Shown piece after piece: positions 10,133 through 20,306 of a stretch of 64,000 nt of DNA (its first letter is position 1; the number at the start of each line of letters is the position of its first letter). The translations under genes and the position numbers were made by a program. This DNA comes from Rebecca billardiae RCC1528 (lineage: Eukaryota; Protista; Haptophyta), in the NCBI GenBank assembly GCA_965240325.2, contig OZ251225.1:3658001-3722000 (forward strand), written 5' to 3'. Below the pieces are notes generated by a model. It was not told where the DNA came from and ran no database searches. It saw only the letters and a program-made list of their open reading frames with translations.

Positions 10133-11431
10133 TCACATCTCCTCGCGCAGCACGCACCCCGTGGTGACGACGAGTCCCAGCTCACGCGCGCGCGCTAGCA
10201 CGCGTTCGGAGTCGGCTCCCGGCTGCACGAAGAGGTAGCGGATGCCCAGCGCCCACATCTCCTCCACCACGCGCAGCCCGAGGCGGGGTGAGATCACCAG
10301 GTCGACTGCAGAGATCCGCTCCGATCCGCCTGCCTCGGTCAGCGAGCGGAACAGCTCGGCAGGGCCATCGTCGGCGCATCGAGGGTCGACTTGGACCACC
10401 GCACGCCCCGCGGCGCGCAGCCGAGCCACGATGGCGTGCGCGGGCTTGGCCGGGTTGCCCACGTCGCCCACAACCGCCCACTCGCGTTGCGCGAGCACCA
10501 GCTCGTGCATGGTCGGCCCTGCCGCGACCGACGGCAGGCCGGGGGGCGCGGCGGTGAGCCCGCCTGTCGCTTCCGCCGCCGTTCCGACCGGGTGTCGCAG
10601 CTCCCGCAGCAGCGAGCGCAGCAGCCGCGTGCTCAGTCCCATCACCGAGTCGACGCCGCCCACGATGGCGCGCAGGTGCGGCGCGACAGCAGGATGCTCC
10701 ACCATCAGCCCGCCCGCGCAGTGCAGCACCGCCTCGTCGGCGAGCAGCGTGCGCACCACGCCCTCGGGGATCTGCCCGAACTCGATGCTCGCCACGTCCA
10801 CACCGACCGCCCGCCGGCCGGTCCGGAGGTCATGCAGACAGATCGCTTGCACCGTGCCGCACGGCGCGCGCGAGTAGGACTCGATGAACTCGCGCGCCTG
10901 CGAGATCGAGGAGGGCTTCTCGCGGATGTGCCCCTCGTACGTCACCACCTGGTCGCCGGTGAGCAGCACGCGCATCTCGGCGCATGGCTTGCCCTCCGCC
11001 TCCTCCGTGCCGGTGGCGGCAGCGGCATCGGTGGAGTCGGCGGCGAGTCGGCTCAGCAATGCATCCGCCTTTGCCTCCGCAATCTGCCGGACGAGCACAT
11101 GCGGGGGGTCGACGGAGCGGTCACCGATAGCCTTCTCGTCGATGTCCGGCACAATCACGTCGAACGTCGCGCCCGTCGCCGCGAGGATCGCGCGGCGCGT
11201 CGCCGACTTTGAGCCGAGCACGAAGCGCGGCGCCGACGGCTCCAGCCGCACGGCCGAAGCGCGAGCCGCGTCCACCGTTGCGAGGGCGGGCTGCTGACCC
11301 GCGCCGCCAGCGGGCGAGGGAGCACTCAGCGCGCGCGCACGCAGCGCAGGGAGCGCGAGCACGACGATCGCATGCCGAGCGCCGAGGTACATCAGTCCGC
11401 CGCCGAGAAGGCACGAGAGCGCAGTCAGCAT
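10133..11431 (-). CDS. Maf/YhdE-like nucleotide pyrophosphatase fused to a C-terminal YccU-type CoA-binding domain
   Basis: Maf motifs FVLGSKSATRRAIL, PDIDEKAIG, LLTGDQVV and IREKP. C-terminal WAVVG..NPAKPAH, VDLVISP, LFVQPGA and GCVL are typical of CoA_binding_2. The start is taken at MLTALSC. Confidence 0.85.
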   Translation of the reverse strand: MLTALSCLLGGGLMYLGARHAIVVLALPALRARALSAPSPAGGAGQQPALATVDAARASAVRLEPSAPRFVLGSKSATRRAILAATGATFDVIVPDIDEKAIGDRSVDPPHVLVRQIAEAKADALLSRLAADSTDAAAATGTEEAEGKPCAEMRVLLTGDQVVTYEGHIREKPSSISQAREFIESYSRAPCGTVQAICLHDLRTGRRAVGVDVASIEFGQIPEGVVRTLLADEAVLHCAGGLMVEHPAVAPHLRAIVGGVDSVMGLSTRLLRSLLRELRHPVGTAAEATGGLTAAPPGLPSVAAGPTMHELVLAQREWAVVGDVGNPAKPAHAIVARLRAAGRAVVQVDPRCADDGPAELFRSLTEAGGSERISAVDLVISPRLGLRVVEEMWALGIRYLFVQPGADSERVLARARELGLVVTTGCVLREEM

Positions 11432-11980
11432 CGGCGGCGCGCCTGGCGCGACGGCATCGCTTTGCCCGAGGAAAAACCCGGCGGACAAAATAAACGAATT
11501 CTACGCGACATTCTACAAGGTTTCCACGCGGTAGATACTGTCGATTCGGCCTCGGTGGACGCCGATGAAATCGCCGAATAAAGAGTTGATTGCTCGTTTG
11601 ATGGTACGATAGCAATCAGTCCAGGGACTCCAGGGAGATTAACGCGCACACCCGGCCATATCTATTCGGCTTAGGCAGCAGTACGACCTTAAATGAGGGG
11701 AGTATTCCACAATACTTGTAATCTGCTCACCCCAGCACTGTGTTCACTATTACTGCGTTGAATGGGTCGGGGTACGAGGGTACCGACTACCCATGCCATG
11801 TTTACTGCTAACCAATAGTAGTACCCAATCTGACCCCAATGGACGTACTCGTGTACTAGATAATTAGCTGGCGCAATCTGCCAATCTCCACCGACGAGGA
11901 TTCACCCCGCGAGTCGGCGAGTGTCCAAATCGTCACCTCGTCCCTCCGATCCCCTTGGCGACGCGGAACGCGCGGCGAGC

Positions 11981-14900
11981 ATGCTGCGTGGCAGGAGCAT
12001 CTCCGGCGCGGCCCAGCAGGCGACTGTACGAGACTCGTCCTCGAATCTACCACAACACCCACGTGTGTCGACGCCGCCGCAGCATGCCCTGCGCCCCGCA
12101 GGCCGACGCCCGGAAGTGACGAGACAGACGAGTGCGTCGGGGGCGACGAACGGAGGGCGAGGTGGCACGGCCGCTCAGCTGAGTCTCGAGCCTCTGCCGT
12201 CGACGAAGCTGCACCAAGACAGCGCGAACGGCGTGCTCCTCCGCCGCACGCTGCTCGAGCGGAGCGCCGCCTTGCTTCGCAAGGACGAGCCGATGTCGGA
12301 CGAGCCGATGTTCAGCCACATCGACATCGGCACAGAGGCGGAGCAGATGTACGCGTACGAGTCATCTGTGCTTACGCTTCTGTCCGGGACGCTGCACTCC
12401 ACGAAGCAGCAGCACTCGGCCAGCAATGGGCCACAGCCGGATGCCAGCGGCGCTCCTCGCACTGCTGCTCCTCCCGGGCCCCTGCCTACCAGCCGTTCTG
12501 ACCCGACTGAGAAGCAGCAGCAGCGCACAGGCGCGCCCAGCCCGGCCGCGGCACACGCCAGCCCGTCGTCGCCGCCGTTCACGCCGATGCGTCGGTCGCG
12601 ACCGCGCCCTGCGAGCGTGGCTAGTCTCGGCAGTCATCGCCGCACCAGCGCCGCCTCGAGCACCGCCGGCAGCGCAGGTGGCTCGACCTCGTCATCGTCA
12701 TCAACGGAGGCGACGCCGTTCCGTGCCCCACACCGGCGTGTGAGCCTTGCTCTCAGCCACTCGCTGCTGGAGGGCGCTGCCAAACCCGTGAACGCGTCGC
12801 CCGCATGCTCGCATCGCGCGTCGGCCCTCGGCAGCGGCGGCAACACCGCACGTTCCTCGCCCCTTACCAAGCCGCTGTTCGTGCGCCGCTCGCTCTCGTT
12901 GTCCGACGAGCCGCTCGCAGCCGAGGACCCAGCAGGGGAGGCAACACCGCTCAGCGCTGACCATGCTCTGGCCATCGGCCTTGTCGACGTGCTCAGCAGT
13001 ATCGCGGACGCGCGCTCGGAGGCGGAGCTGCACGGCGCGCTGTGCTCGCGCGCGCACTCGCTCGGTTGCACTGGCGTGCGGCTGCTGCTGCTGGACGAGG
13101 GCGGCTGGCGCGCGGCGGCGCTGCCCGACGGCATGCCGCTCGCCGAGCGCACCAAGGCCGCGGGGCCGCTGGCGACGGCACCGCCAGCCCTCAGTGGCGC
13201 GGCCGCCGAGCACGGCGATGCGATGTTTGCGGCGAGCTGGCGTGAGGCCACGACGCTGGGCGGTTGCAACGCTGAGCGTGCGCGCCAAGAGGCGGCGGAT
13301 CGCGTGGCCTACGCAGCCTGGCCGCTGCGGCCTGAGGCGGCGGGCGAGGCGGGCTGGGCAACCGCCGCGCGCGCGCTGCTTGAGTGCTCGTGGCCCGAAT
13401 CAGCTCATGCTCTCCGGAGGGCACCCAGCAGCGAGCACGCAGGCGCCTCCGCAGCCACTGCCACGCCGGGCCCGGCTGCCGCAGCTCAGCGTGTCGACGT
13501 GGCCGAGCGCGTGGCCCGCGCTGTGCGCTCGAGGCTTGCCGCGCTCGCGTGTGACGAGGTCCACGGCGCCTCCCTCGGCATGTGGCGGAAGTCGGCCAAT
13601 CTGTCGGAGTGGAGCCGTGCGCTGCCCGCGTTGTCATCCGCAGCCGCTCAGAGCGTCCACGCCTGTGTCGGCGGCAGCGACAGCAGCATGCGCGCCGGCC
13701 TGCGCGCGCTCGCGCAGGCGGCCGCCCTCCTGCCGGGCTGCACCCAGTGTGAGCTCACCGAGCTGAGCGCTGAGCCCTCGCTCGACGCGCGCGTGTGTAC
13801 GCTCGCGCGCAGCGCGCCGCGCACGCCCGCGCACGCCGACGCGGACGGCGAGCACGCGCCCGTCGCGCTCAGTTCGCTGCCCGCCGCGACGGTGCGAGCC
13901 ATCGGCGAGGCGGTGCGCTCGGCCTCGTGCGCAGACGGCGAGAGCCTGAGCAGTGCCGTCGGCGCAGCGAGCGCGCCCGCCGCTGTGCCGCAGCTGCTCG
14001 CGCCGGCGGGCGCTCATGTCGCACCCGCACCTGTCGTGCGCGCGGCCACGCTAGGCCCGCCCTCAGCGGGCGCGCTCGTGCTCGCGCAGCTGCGCTTCGT
14101 GACGTCGTCGGCGTCGTTGGCTCCGGCGCAGCGCGCGGCTGCAGGTGCGCGCAGCGCCCCCACGTGCACGCGCACAGCTCGCATGTGCCAACACCGCGCC
14201 CTGTGCGCCGCGCGAGCACGCCACAGCTCACAAGCCGCGCTTCCCAACCTTGGTGGGTCCCGCCGACCCGCGTGTCCCGCGCGCGCCCATTGCGTAGACG
14301 TGCTGGCTGCGAGCGCCGCGACACTCGTGCACGCCCACGCGCGCGTGCGCTCGCGTGCGCTTGCGCGCTCGCGATGGATGCGCGCGGGCGAACGCGTGCG
14401 GCAGCGCATCAGCGTAAGGAGGTGCGGCGTCTGCCCCCTCCCCCCCCCCTGCACGCCCGCGCGTGCGCCCGCGCGCCGCTGACCCTGTGCGCGGCATTCG
14501 AGCTGAGCTCACCTCGCGCCCTCCGCGCCGCTCGCTCGTGCCCTGGAGCGCAGGCTGACCACCCGGATGAGTGAGGCCGCGACGCGCGCGGACGGCGTGG
14601 AGGCGACGCATCGGCGCTCGCAGCTGCTGCTCGAGGGCAGCGCCGCGCTCACGGACGCGCGGCGCGAGCTCGCGCATGCCATGGCTGCAGGCGACGACGA
14701 CACCGTGCACCGCCTCGGCGCAGCGGTGCACGCCTACCTCCGGCGGCTGAGCATCATGCTCGAGGAACACCTGTCGGTGTGCTCGGCGAGTGCGCTGCTG
14801 TACGAGCCGCAGAGGGCCAAGCTGCACGCGGTGCACACCGCGGTGCGCGGGCAAGCGGCCGACGGGAGCGCGGACCCGGGCATGCGCAGCTCCTTCTCGC

Positions 14901-15286
14901 TGCTCTCCGCCGCGGCCGTTAGCAAGAACGAGGTGGTCGTGGTGGAGCCGGCGCAGCGCTCGAGGCGCGCGTCTGTCGGGTCAAAGGCGGTGCACGCAGC
15001 CGCGCTGAACGGCCAGTCGGCGCTTGCGGTGCCCATCATGATGGAGACGGGCGAGGTGGCGGGCGCGCTGCAGCTCGTCGGCCGGATCGGCAATGACGGT
15101 CTTGGTCACGACGCGCATGCTGGCAAGGCCCTGGCCTTCGAAGCGGAGGATCTGCAGGCCGTGAAGGCGTTCGCGGCGCAGGCATCGTGCCTGCTCGACC
15201 TGGCATGCGCGTACGCCGGCGTCGAGCACCCCTGCGAGCTGCTGCCGCGCACGAGCACCCGTCGCACCTCCCTGAGCATGGCGTAA
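11981..15286 (+). CDS. GAF-domain-containing protein (multi-exon; introns ~14145-14297 and ~14422-14553)
   Basis: The last exon has the PDE-type GAF signature SALAVPIMMETGEVAGALQLVGR...FEAEDLQAVKAFAAQA. A long Ser/Ala-rich N-terminal ORF precedes it. GT-AG sites join the frames. The start codon is uncertain. Confidence 0.65.
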
Positions 15287-15490
15287 TGCCGAGGGCGGGG
15301 CCCAGGTGATGCTCCGACGACGGCCGACGGGCCGAGCGGTTCGTGAGCCATTGGGCGCGAAAATGATGACGATGCCGAAAATAATGAGAGCGCCGATCCC
15401 GAAGAACCGGACTTCGATTTCCTGCCGGACAACTCCTCTCCAACCGTGCGCCCCAGCGAACGAAGCGCGGCCGAGGGGTCGGCGCGGGCG

Positions 15491-15667
15491 ATGGAGGCCA
15501 CCTCGAGCGGACATCTTCCGGGCTCGCGCTTTGTGGAGCATGGCGACGCAATGGACATCGACCCGGACGAGCTCGGTGTGATGGACGAGCCCGGCACCGC
15601 CGACAAAGTCGAGGTAGACTTCTTCAACGCGTTCCCGGACGACTTTGACGACGATGACCTCGACTAG
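15491..15667 (+). CDS. COPS9: COP9 signalosome subunit 9 (CSNAP/MYEOV2-like), 58 aa
   Basis: Small acidic protein ending in KVEVDFFNAFPDDFDDDDLD, which matches the F/D-rich DFFN.F.D.FDD.D C-terminus of CSN9. Confidence 0.8.
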   Translation: MEATSSGHLPGSRFVEHGDAMDIDPDELGVMDEPGTADKVEVDFFNAFPDDFDDDDLD

Positions 15668-16062
15668 GCTATGCAAACTCGCCACCTAACCCCGTGGCAG
15701 CGCTGCACCCAGCACGCATCGCATCCGCGAGACAACCTAAGGGGTTTGAAGCTCTTCGTGCGGCGTCGCGCGCATGGAGCTGCGAATGGAGCTCCGCCGC
15801 CTCGAGCTGGATGACAGCACGAGAGCAACCCTGCGTGCCTATCGGGGCACGGCCAGCGGGCCGTGAGGCGGCGCGTTCAGCCGACAGTCGTGGAAACATG
15901 TGATAGCTTGTGCGTCCGCGGGCGGTGTGGCTGACCGAACGCCTCACAGTGACGCAGTGAGAGCACAGACACATCGCGACAGTGATGTAGTCGCCTGACA
16001 ATGACCGCTGAGCCATGACCGCTGAGACGGTCACTGTGACTGAGCCGCCGCGGGTTATCACG

Positions 16063-16183
16063 GCGGTGACTATCAGTAGTAGTAACGGCGTTATAATTCT
16101 GCGCCCCGGCGTCGTCCCGCGGGCGCGGTGACTATCATCAGTAGTTAACGGCGGTTAAAATTCTGCGCCCCGGCGTCGTCCCG
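16063..16183. repeat. Tandem duplication of a ~60-bp unit
   Basis: GCGGTGACTATCA...AACGGCG.T.AATTCTGCGCCCCGGCGTCGTCCCG occurs twice with small indels. Confidence 0.85.
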
Positions 16184-16260
16184 GAACCGTTAGACGGCAG
16201 AAAGTAACTAGGACGATTAGTACATCATATATATATATTTAGTAATATTTAAGTATATAT

Positions 16261-16955
16261 TATTGGGTAAACGCGAGCTCCGAGCGTCTCGAGCCCTGCT
16301 AAAAGCTCACCGGCACGTCCTCGGGCGCGTCGTCGGTGACGCCCACGAAGCCAATCTCGACCCTCGCTCCTCTGACGAGCGAAGCTAATCCTCCTGCCGA
16401 GCTCTTTTCGGCTCCGGCGGGGTGACCCGGCGTTTGCTGGCCCGGCTCGGGGAATCTCAATGATTCCGAGCCGCACGCCCCGTGCGTCAACCAATCACAG
16501 GTGTTCCCGACGCACCGCCGTAACTGCTGGTCGCACACGGTTTCTGGATCCGTGTACCCGTTGAATCCGGACGTCCTCGTCCGTGATGAATTTCTGGATG
16601 AAACGGTCGTGTTTGCGTTCTCGAGAACTCCAACACGCTTCCACGATGGCGGCCGGGCCATGCCCGTGCGACGTCACCGTGCCGCGCTGCGCCGGGCCGT
16701 ACCGCCCGCGCACGCGCCGCGTCCGTGTCGCTCCGCGTCCGCGCTGCCGCGTCCGCGCTCCGCGTCCACGTCGATCCGCGCCAGCGCTGCTGCGCTCGCG
16801 CTCCTGCCGCCGCGCGCGCCGCGCGCGCGCGCCGCCAGAGCCAGCCACTGCTCCGTAGCTGATGCCGCCGGCCCGCCTGGTGCGGCGCCGGCCCTGACGT
16901 CCCAGCGGCGACGCCATCTGCTGAGATGCGCGCCCCAGGCTGCGTCAGCTCAACA
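16261..16955 (-). repeat. 3' LTR (TGTTG...CAATA)
   Basis: Direct repeat of 22912-23606, offset 6651 bp. Confidence 0.95.
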
Positions 16956-16991
16956 CCCCCCCTCGACAGCCATAGCCGCGAGCTGCGCCGC

Positions 16992-19900
16992 TTACCGCGC
17001 GCGCGTCGGGTGTCGCTCCACCATGATGGCGTCGACGTGCCGCTTGAACGTCGCACCGTCCGTCGCCTTCGTCATGATGTCAGAGTGGTTGAGTGAGGTG
17101 TGTACCTTGACCACCTTCACCTTGCCACCCTCCTGCGCGTCACGCACATAGTGATGCTTGATCTCGATGTGCTTCGAGCGCTTGTGGTGCACAGGATTCT
17201 CTACGAGGTCGATAGCCCCTTTGTTGTCCTCTCGCACCTCCGTCGCGGCCCGCGGCGGCTGCCGCATGGACTCGAGTATGCTCCGCAAGTAGCTCACCTC
17301 GCGGCAGCAATCGCTCAGCGCGACGTACTCCGCCTCCGTCGAGCTCAGCGAGACTGTACCTTGCAGCCCGCTGTGCCACGACACCGGCGCCCCATTGTAG
17401 AACACAATGTATCCACCCGTCGACCTGCCCTTGGTCTCCACCGGATTGCTTGCCCAATCGGAGTCAGCGAAAGCAAGTAGGTCGGGGTGCTCGGAATCTG
17501 TTGCAAACTTGAACAAGATTCCCAATCGCGGGCATCCACGTAAGTAGCGCAGCACACGCTTCGCACTTACCAGATCCACCGCCCGCGGACATGACATGCG
17601 TCGCGTCAGCATGTTCACCGCGTGCGCGATGTCCGGCCGCGCCGTGACCATCGCAAACATGAGACATCCCACCATCGCCTGGTAGTTCTCAATCTCCGCG
17701 CGCTGCAGCAACGCCTCATCGTCGTCGCTCAGCTGCGTCCGCGCCGCCGGCTCCGGCGTGCGCGCCGGCGTGCTCGCGTTCAAACCGAACCGCTGAAGCA
17801 CGCTCTCGACGTACGGCCCCAGGTGCATCAGGATGCCGTCGTCATGAACTTCAAACACGGCGCCCAGGAACTTATCGAGCCGCTCACTCAGCTTGATCTC
17901 GTAATGCTCCTTCAGGTCAGCCGCCAGCTTCTCCACCGCGCGCGCGTCGCGCGTCAGGTTGAGAAACAGCAAGTCGTCGACAAAGCCGCCCGCGATGATG
18001 AACTCGCCCGGCGCCGACTCCTTGACGTAGATGCACGGCGCACTCGGACACTCCGAGAAGCCGCGCGCGAGCAGCTGGGTGCGGTGTGTGCGATGCCACG
18101 CGCGCCCAGACTGGCGTAGGCCCGGATACGCCTTCAGGCTCCTGCCCACGACTTTGTACCCCGGCGGCGCCTGCGTGCTCGGCACGTAGCCCGGCGGGAA
18201 TGAGAAGAGAGGCCGCTCATCCGGCTTCAACTCCGAGTTGAGGTACGCGTCCTTGACGTCGCCCTTCGACAGTATGCCCAGCGCTGCAACCGACGCTGCA
18301 CCCAAGTCGACCCTCGCGCCCGCCTGCTGAGCGGCGATCGCAACGAGTAGTCGCACTTGTTCCGGCCGGATCGTCGGAGCAAAGACCTCCTGAAAGTCGA
18401 TCCCCGGCCGCTGTAGGTTCCCCAGTAGCACCGACCGCGCCTTGAAGCGCGTCACCTCGCCCTCCGGGTTCGACTTGACGTCAAAGACCCACTGGCTCGG
18501 CAACACCCGCGTGCCCTCCGGAACCACCACCTCCTCCGAGGTGCCGAGCAACTTGTGACCTTCCAAGTGCTCGAGCATGGCGCCCTGCCACTGGGGCGCC
18601 TCCGCCGACCGCATCGCCTCGCGATAGTTCGTCGGCACCTTCACGTTGATCTTCTGGAACACCGACGCGGCGCTGACGACGGCAGTAAGCAGCTGCGGCC
18701 GTCGGCGTGACGTCCGATCCCTGCGAAGCGGATCGTGTCCCATATCCAGACCGGGCGGCGGCGCGTCCTCGATCACGCCGTCGTCACCGTCTGCGCCGCG
18801 CGGCGGCCCGCCAGCATCTGCTGCGGTCCCGCGCCGTGATTCCGCCGGCGGTATCTGATCCTGCCGACCCGGCTGCGTCATTGACGCGCCTGCCCCGCCA
18901 CGCCCGCCCTGCGGCGTCGGCGTCGACGGCTGTGCGCCCGCGCTGCTGCACCCGCGTTGTCCCGCGTCCACGCTGCTGCGCCCGCGCCCCGACGTTGACG
19001 CATCTGCGTCGTCGTCGTACCCGACGTCGAACTCTGTCGCGTCGTCATCCCCGGCGTCGGCTGGCGTCTCGCCGCCGTCGCCGTCCTCGTCCTCACCGTC
19101 GGCATCACCGCCGACTGGACGATGTCCGCCGCTTACCGCGGCGCCGTCCCCATCACCCACGTACGCGCCACCGTCAGGTGCGCCCAGCGACGAGTGCCCC
19201 CCCTCGACCAGGTCGGTCTCGTCGATGCGTACGTCACGTGAGTGAACGAGACGTCCGTCGTCTAAACGACATACGTACCCAAGCACGTAGCGCCATGTAC
19301 CGCGCCACTGCACGCCGTGCCCACCCCAGAGATAGACACGTCCGGGTAGTGCGCGCTGCTTCAGCTGCCCCAATGCATTGCGCCGTGCGCCCAGCATCAG
19401 CACGCGGCAGCGCGCGCCAAACGCCACGTGATGCTTCCACGTCGGGCGTTTGCCAAAGAACAGCTCATCCGGCGTGAGCCACTCGATGTCTCCATCGTCA
19501 CGAATGATACCACGTGACGCCAGTCGATTGCGCGACGCGCATGCGTGCCACGCCGCGTAGTGCCAATCGACCCGCGAGACTCCACGCGCAACGACCGTGG
19601 CGCGCAGTCTCGACTTCAGCGTGCGGATAGCGCGTTCCGCCACGCCATTCGAGCTCGGCGAGTCGGGCGCCGACGTGACCGTCGACGAGAACCCAAGCTT
19701 CGCCAGCTCACCCTCGACGTACGTACTCAGCAACGTCGAGCCACCGTCGGTGTGAATATGGCGTCGCGCCATAGTACACCCCGACGCCAGGACCCAATGC
19801 GACATGTGCATGGCCCCTGTTCCAAGCAACTGCGCGTACCAGCGGAATGCCCGACCAACCTCGGCGTCATCCAAGCTGCGTAGCGCGTACACTTGCCATC

Positions 19901-20306
19901 GACGTGAATGCCCATCGATGAATATGATCCCATGAGGATACCCTCCACGTGCGCCATCGGCCCCAACTGGTAAGTCGATGCGCGCCATAGAGAAGATGTC
20001 GACGTGCGTCACCTGCCCAGGGTAGTGCGCCGTCGGCATTGCGTCCGCGAACGACCGCCGCGTCATGCCCGCCGCCGACTGCTCGTCGAGCGGCTCACGC
20101 CGCGCGTTCGCCCCCTCCATCCCCTCGGCCACGCGTCGCGTGCGCTCGAGTAGACGTTGGTCATTGGTGCCCGTTCGAACCGACCAAGTGCGTAACCACG
20201 CCGGATCAGCGCCTCGCGCCGCCTCCGTAGTAGTAGTGGTATCAGATACCGTAGTGGTTGTGTTTGTGGCTCGCACCTGCGCGGGTTCCGGGCTTAGGCG
20301 TTTGGG
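16992..20306 (-). CDS. Copia pol (integrase-RT-RNase H), entered by a -1 frameshift
   Basis: Integrase motifs HVDIF, IIFIDGHSR, IHTDGG and SNGVAERAIRTL. RT motifs RFKARSV, VFAPT, DVKDAYL, GLRQSGRAW and FVDDLL. RNase H motifs ADSDWA, SSTEAEYVA, EDNKGAI and KHIEIKHHYVRD. Confidence 0.93.
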   Translation of the reverse strand, partial: PKRLSPEPAQVRATNTTTTVSDTTTTTEAARGADPAWLRTWSVRTGTNDQRLLERTRRVAEGMEGANARREPLDEQSAAGMTRRSFADAMPTAHYPGQVTHVDIFSMARIDLPVGADGARGGYPHGIIFIDGHSRRWQVYALRSLDDAEVGRAFRWYAQLLGTGAMHMSHWVLASGCTMARRHIHTDGGSTLLSTYVEGELAKLGFSSTVTSAPDSPSSNGVAERAIRTLKSRLRATVVARGVSRVDWHYAAWHACASRNRLASRGIIRDDGDIEWLTPDELFFGKRPTWKHHVAFGARCRVLMLGARRNALGQLKQRALPGRVYLWGGHGVQWRGTWRYVLGYVCRLDDGRLVHSRDVRIDETDLVEGGHSSLGAPDGGAYVGDGDGAAVSGGHRPVGGDADGEDEDGDGGETPADAGDDDATEFDVGYDDDADASTSGRGRSSVDAGQRGCSSAGAQPSTPTPQGGRGGAGASMTQPGRQDQIPPAESRRGTAADAGGPPRGADGDDGVIEDAPPPGLDMGHDPLRRDRTSRRRPQLLTAVVSAASVFQKINVKVPTNYREAMRSAEAPQWQGAMLEHLEGHKLLGTSEEVVVPEGTRVLPSQWVFDVKSNPEGEVTRFKARSVLLGNLQRPGIDFQEVFAPTIRPEQVRLLVAIAAQQAGARVDLGAASVAALGILSKGDVKDAYLNSELKPDERPLFSFPPGYVPSTQAPPGYKVVGRSLKAYPGLRQSGRAWHRTHRTQLLARGFSECPSAPCIYVKESAPGEFIIAGGFVDDLLFLNLTRDARAVEKLAADLKEHYEIKLSERLDKFLGAVFEVHDDGILMHLGPYVESVLQRFGLNASTPARTPEPAARTQLSDDDEALLQRAEIENYQAMVGCLMFAMVTARPDIAHAVNMLTRRMSCPRAVDLVSAKRVLRYLRGCPRLGILFKFATDSEHPDLLAFADSDWASNPVETKGRSTGGYIVFYNGAPVSWHSGLQGTVSLSSTEAEYVALSDCCREVSYLRSILESMRQPPRAATEVREDNKGAIDLVENPVHHKRSKHIEIKHHYVRDAQEGGKVKVVKVHTSLNHSDIMTKATDGATFKRHVDAIMVERHPTRAR

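Noticed and set aside
16249-17151. ORFs duplicated at 16.2-17.1 kb and 22.9-23.6 kb
   Set aside because: They are translations of the two identical LTRs, not duplicated genes.
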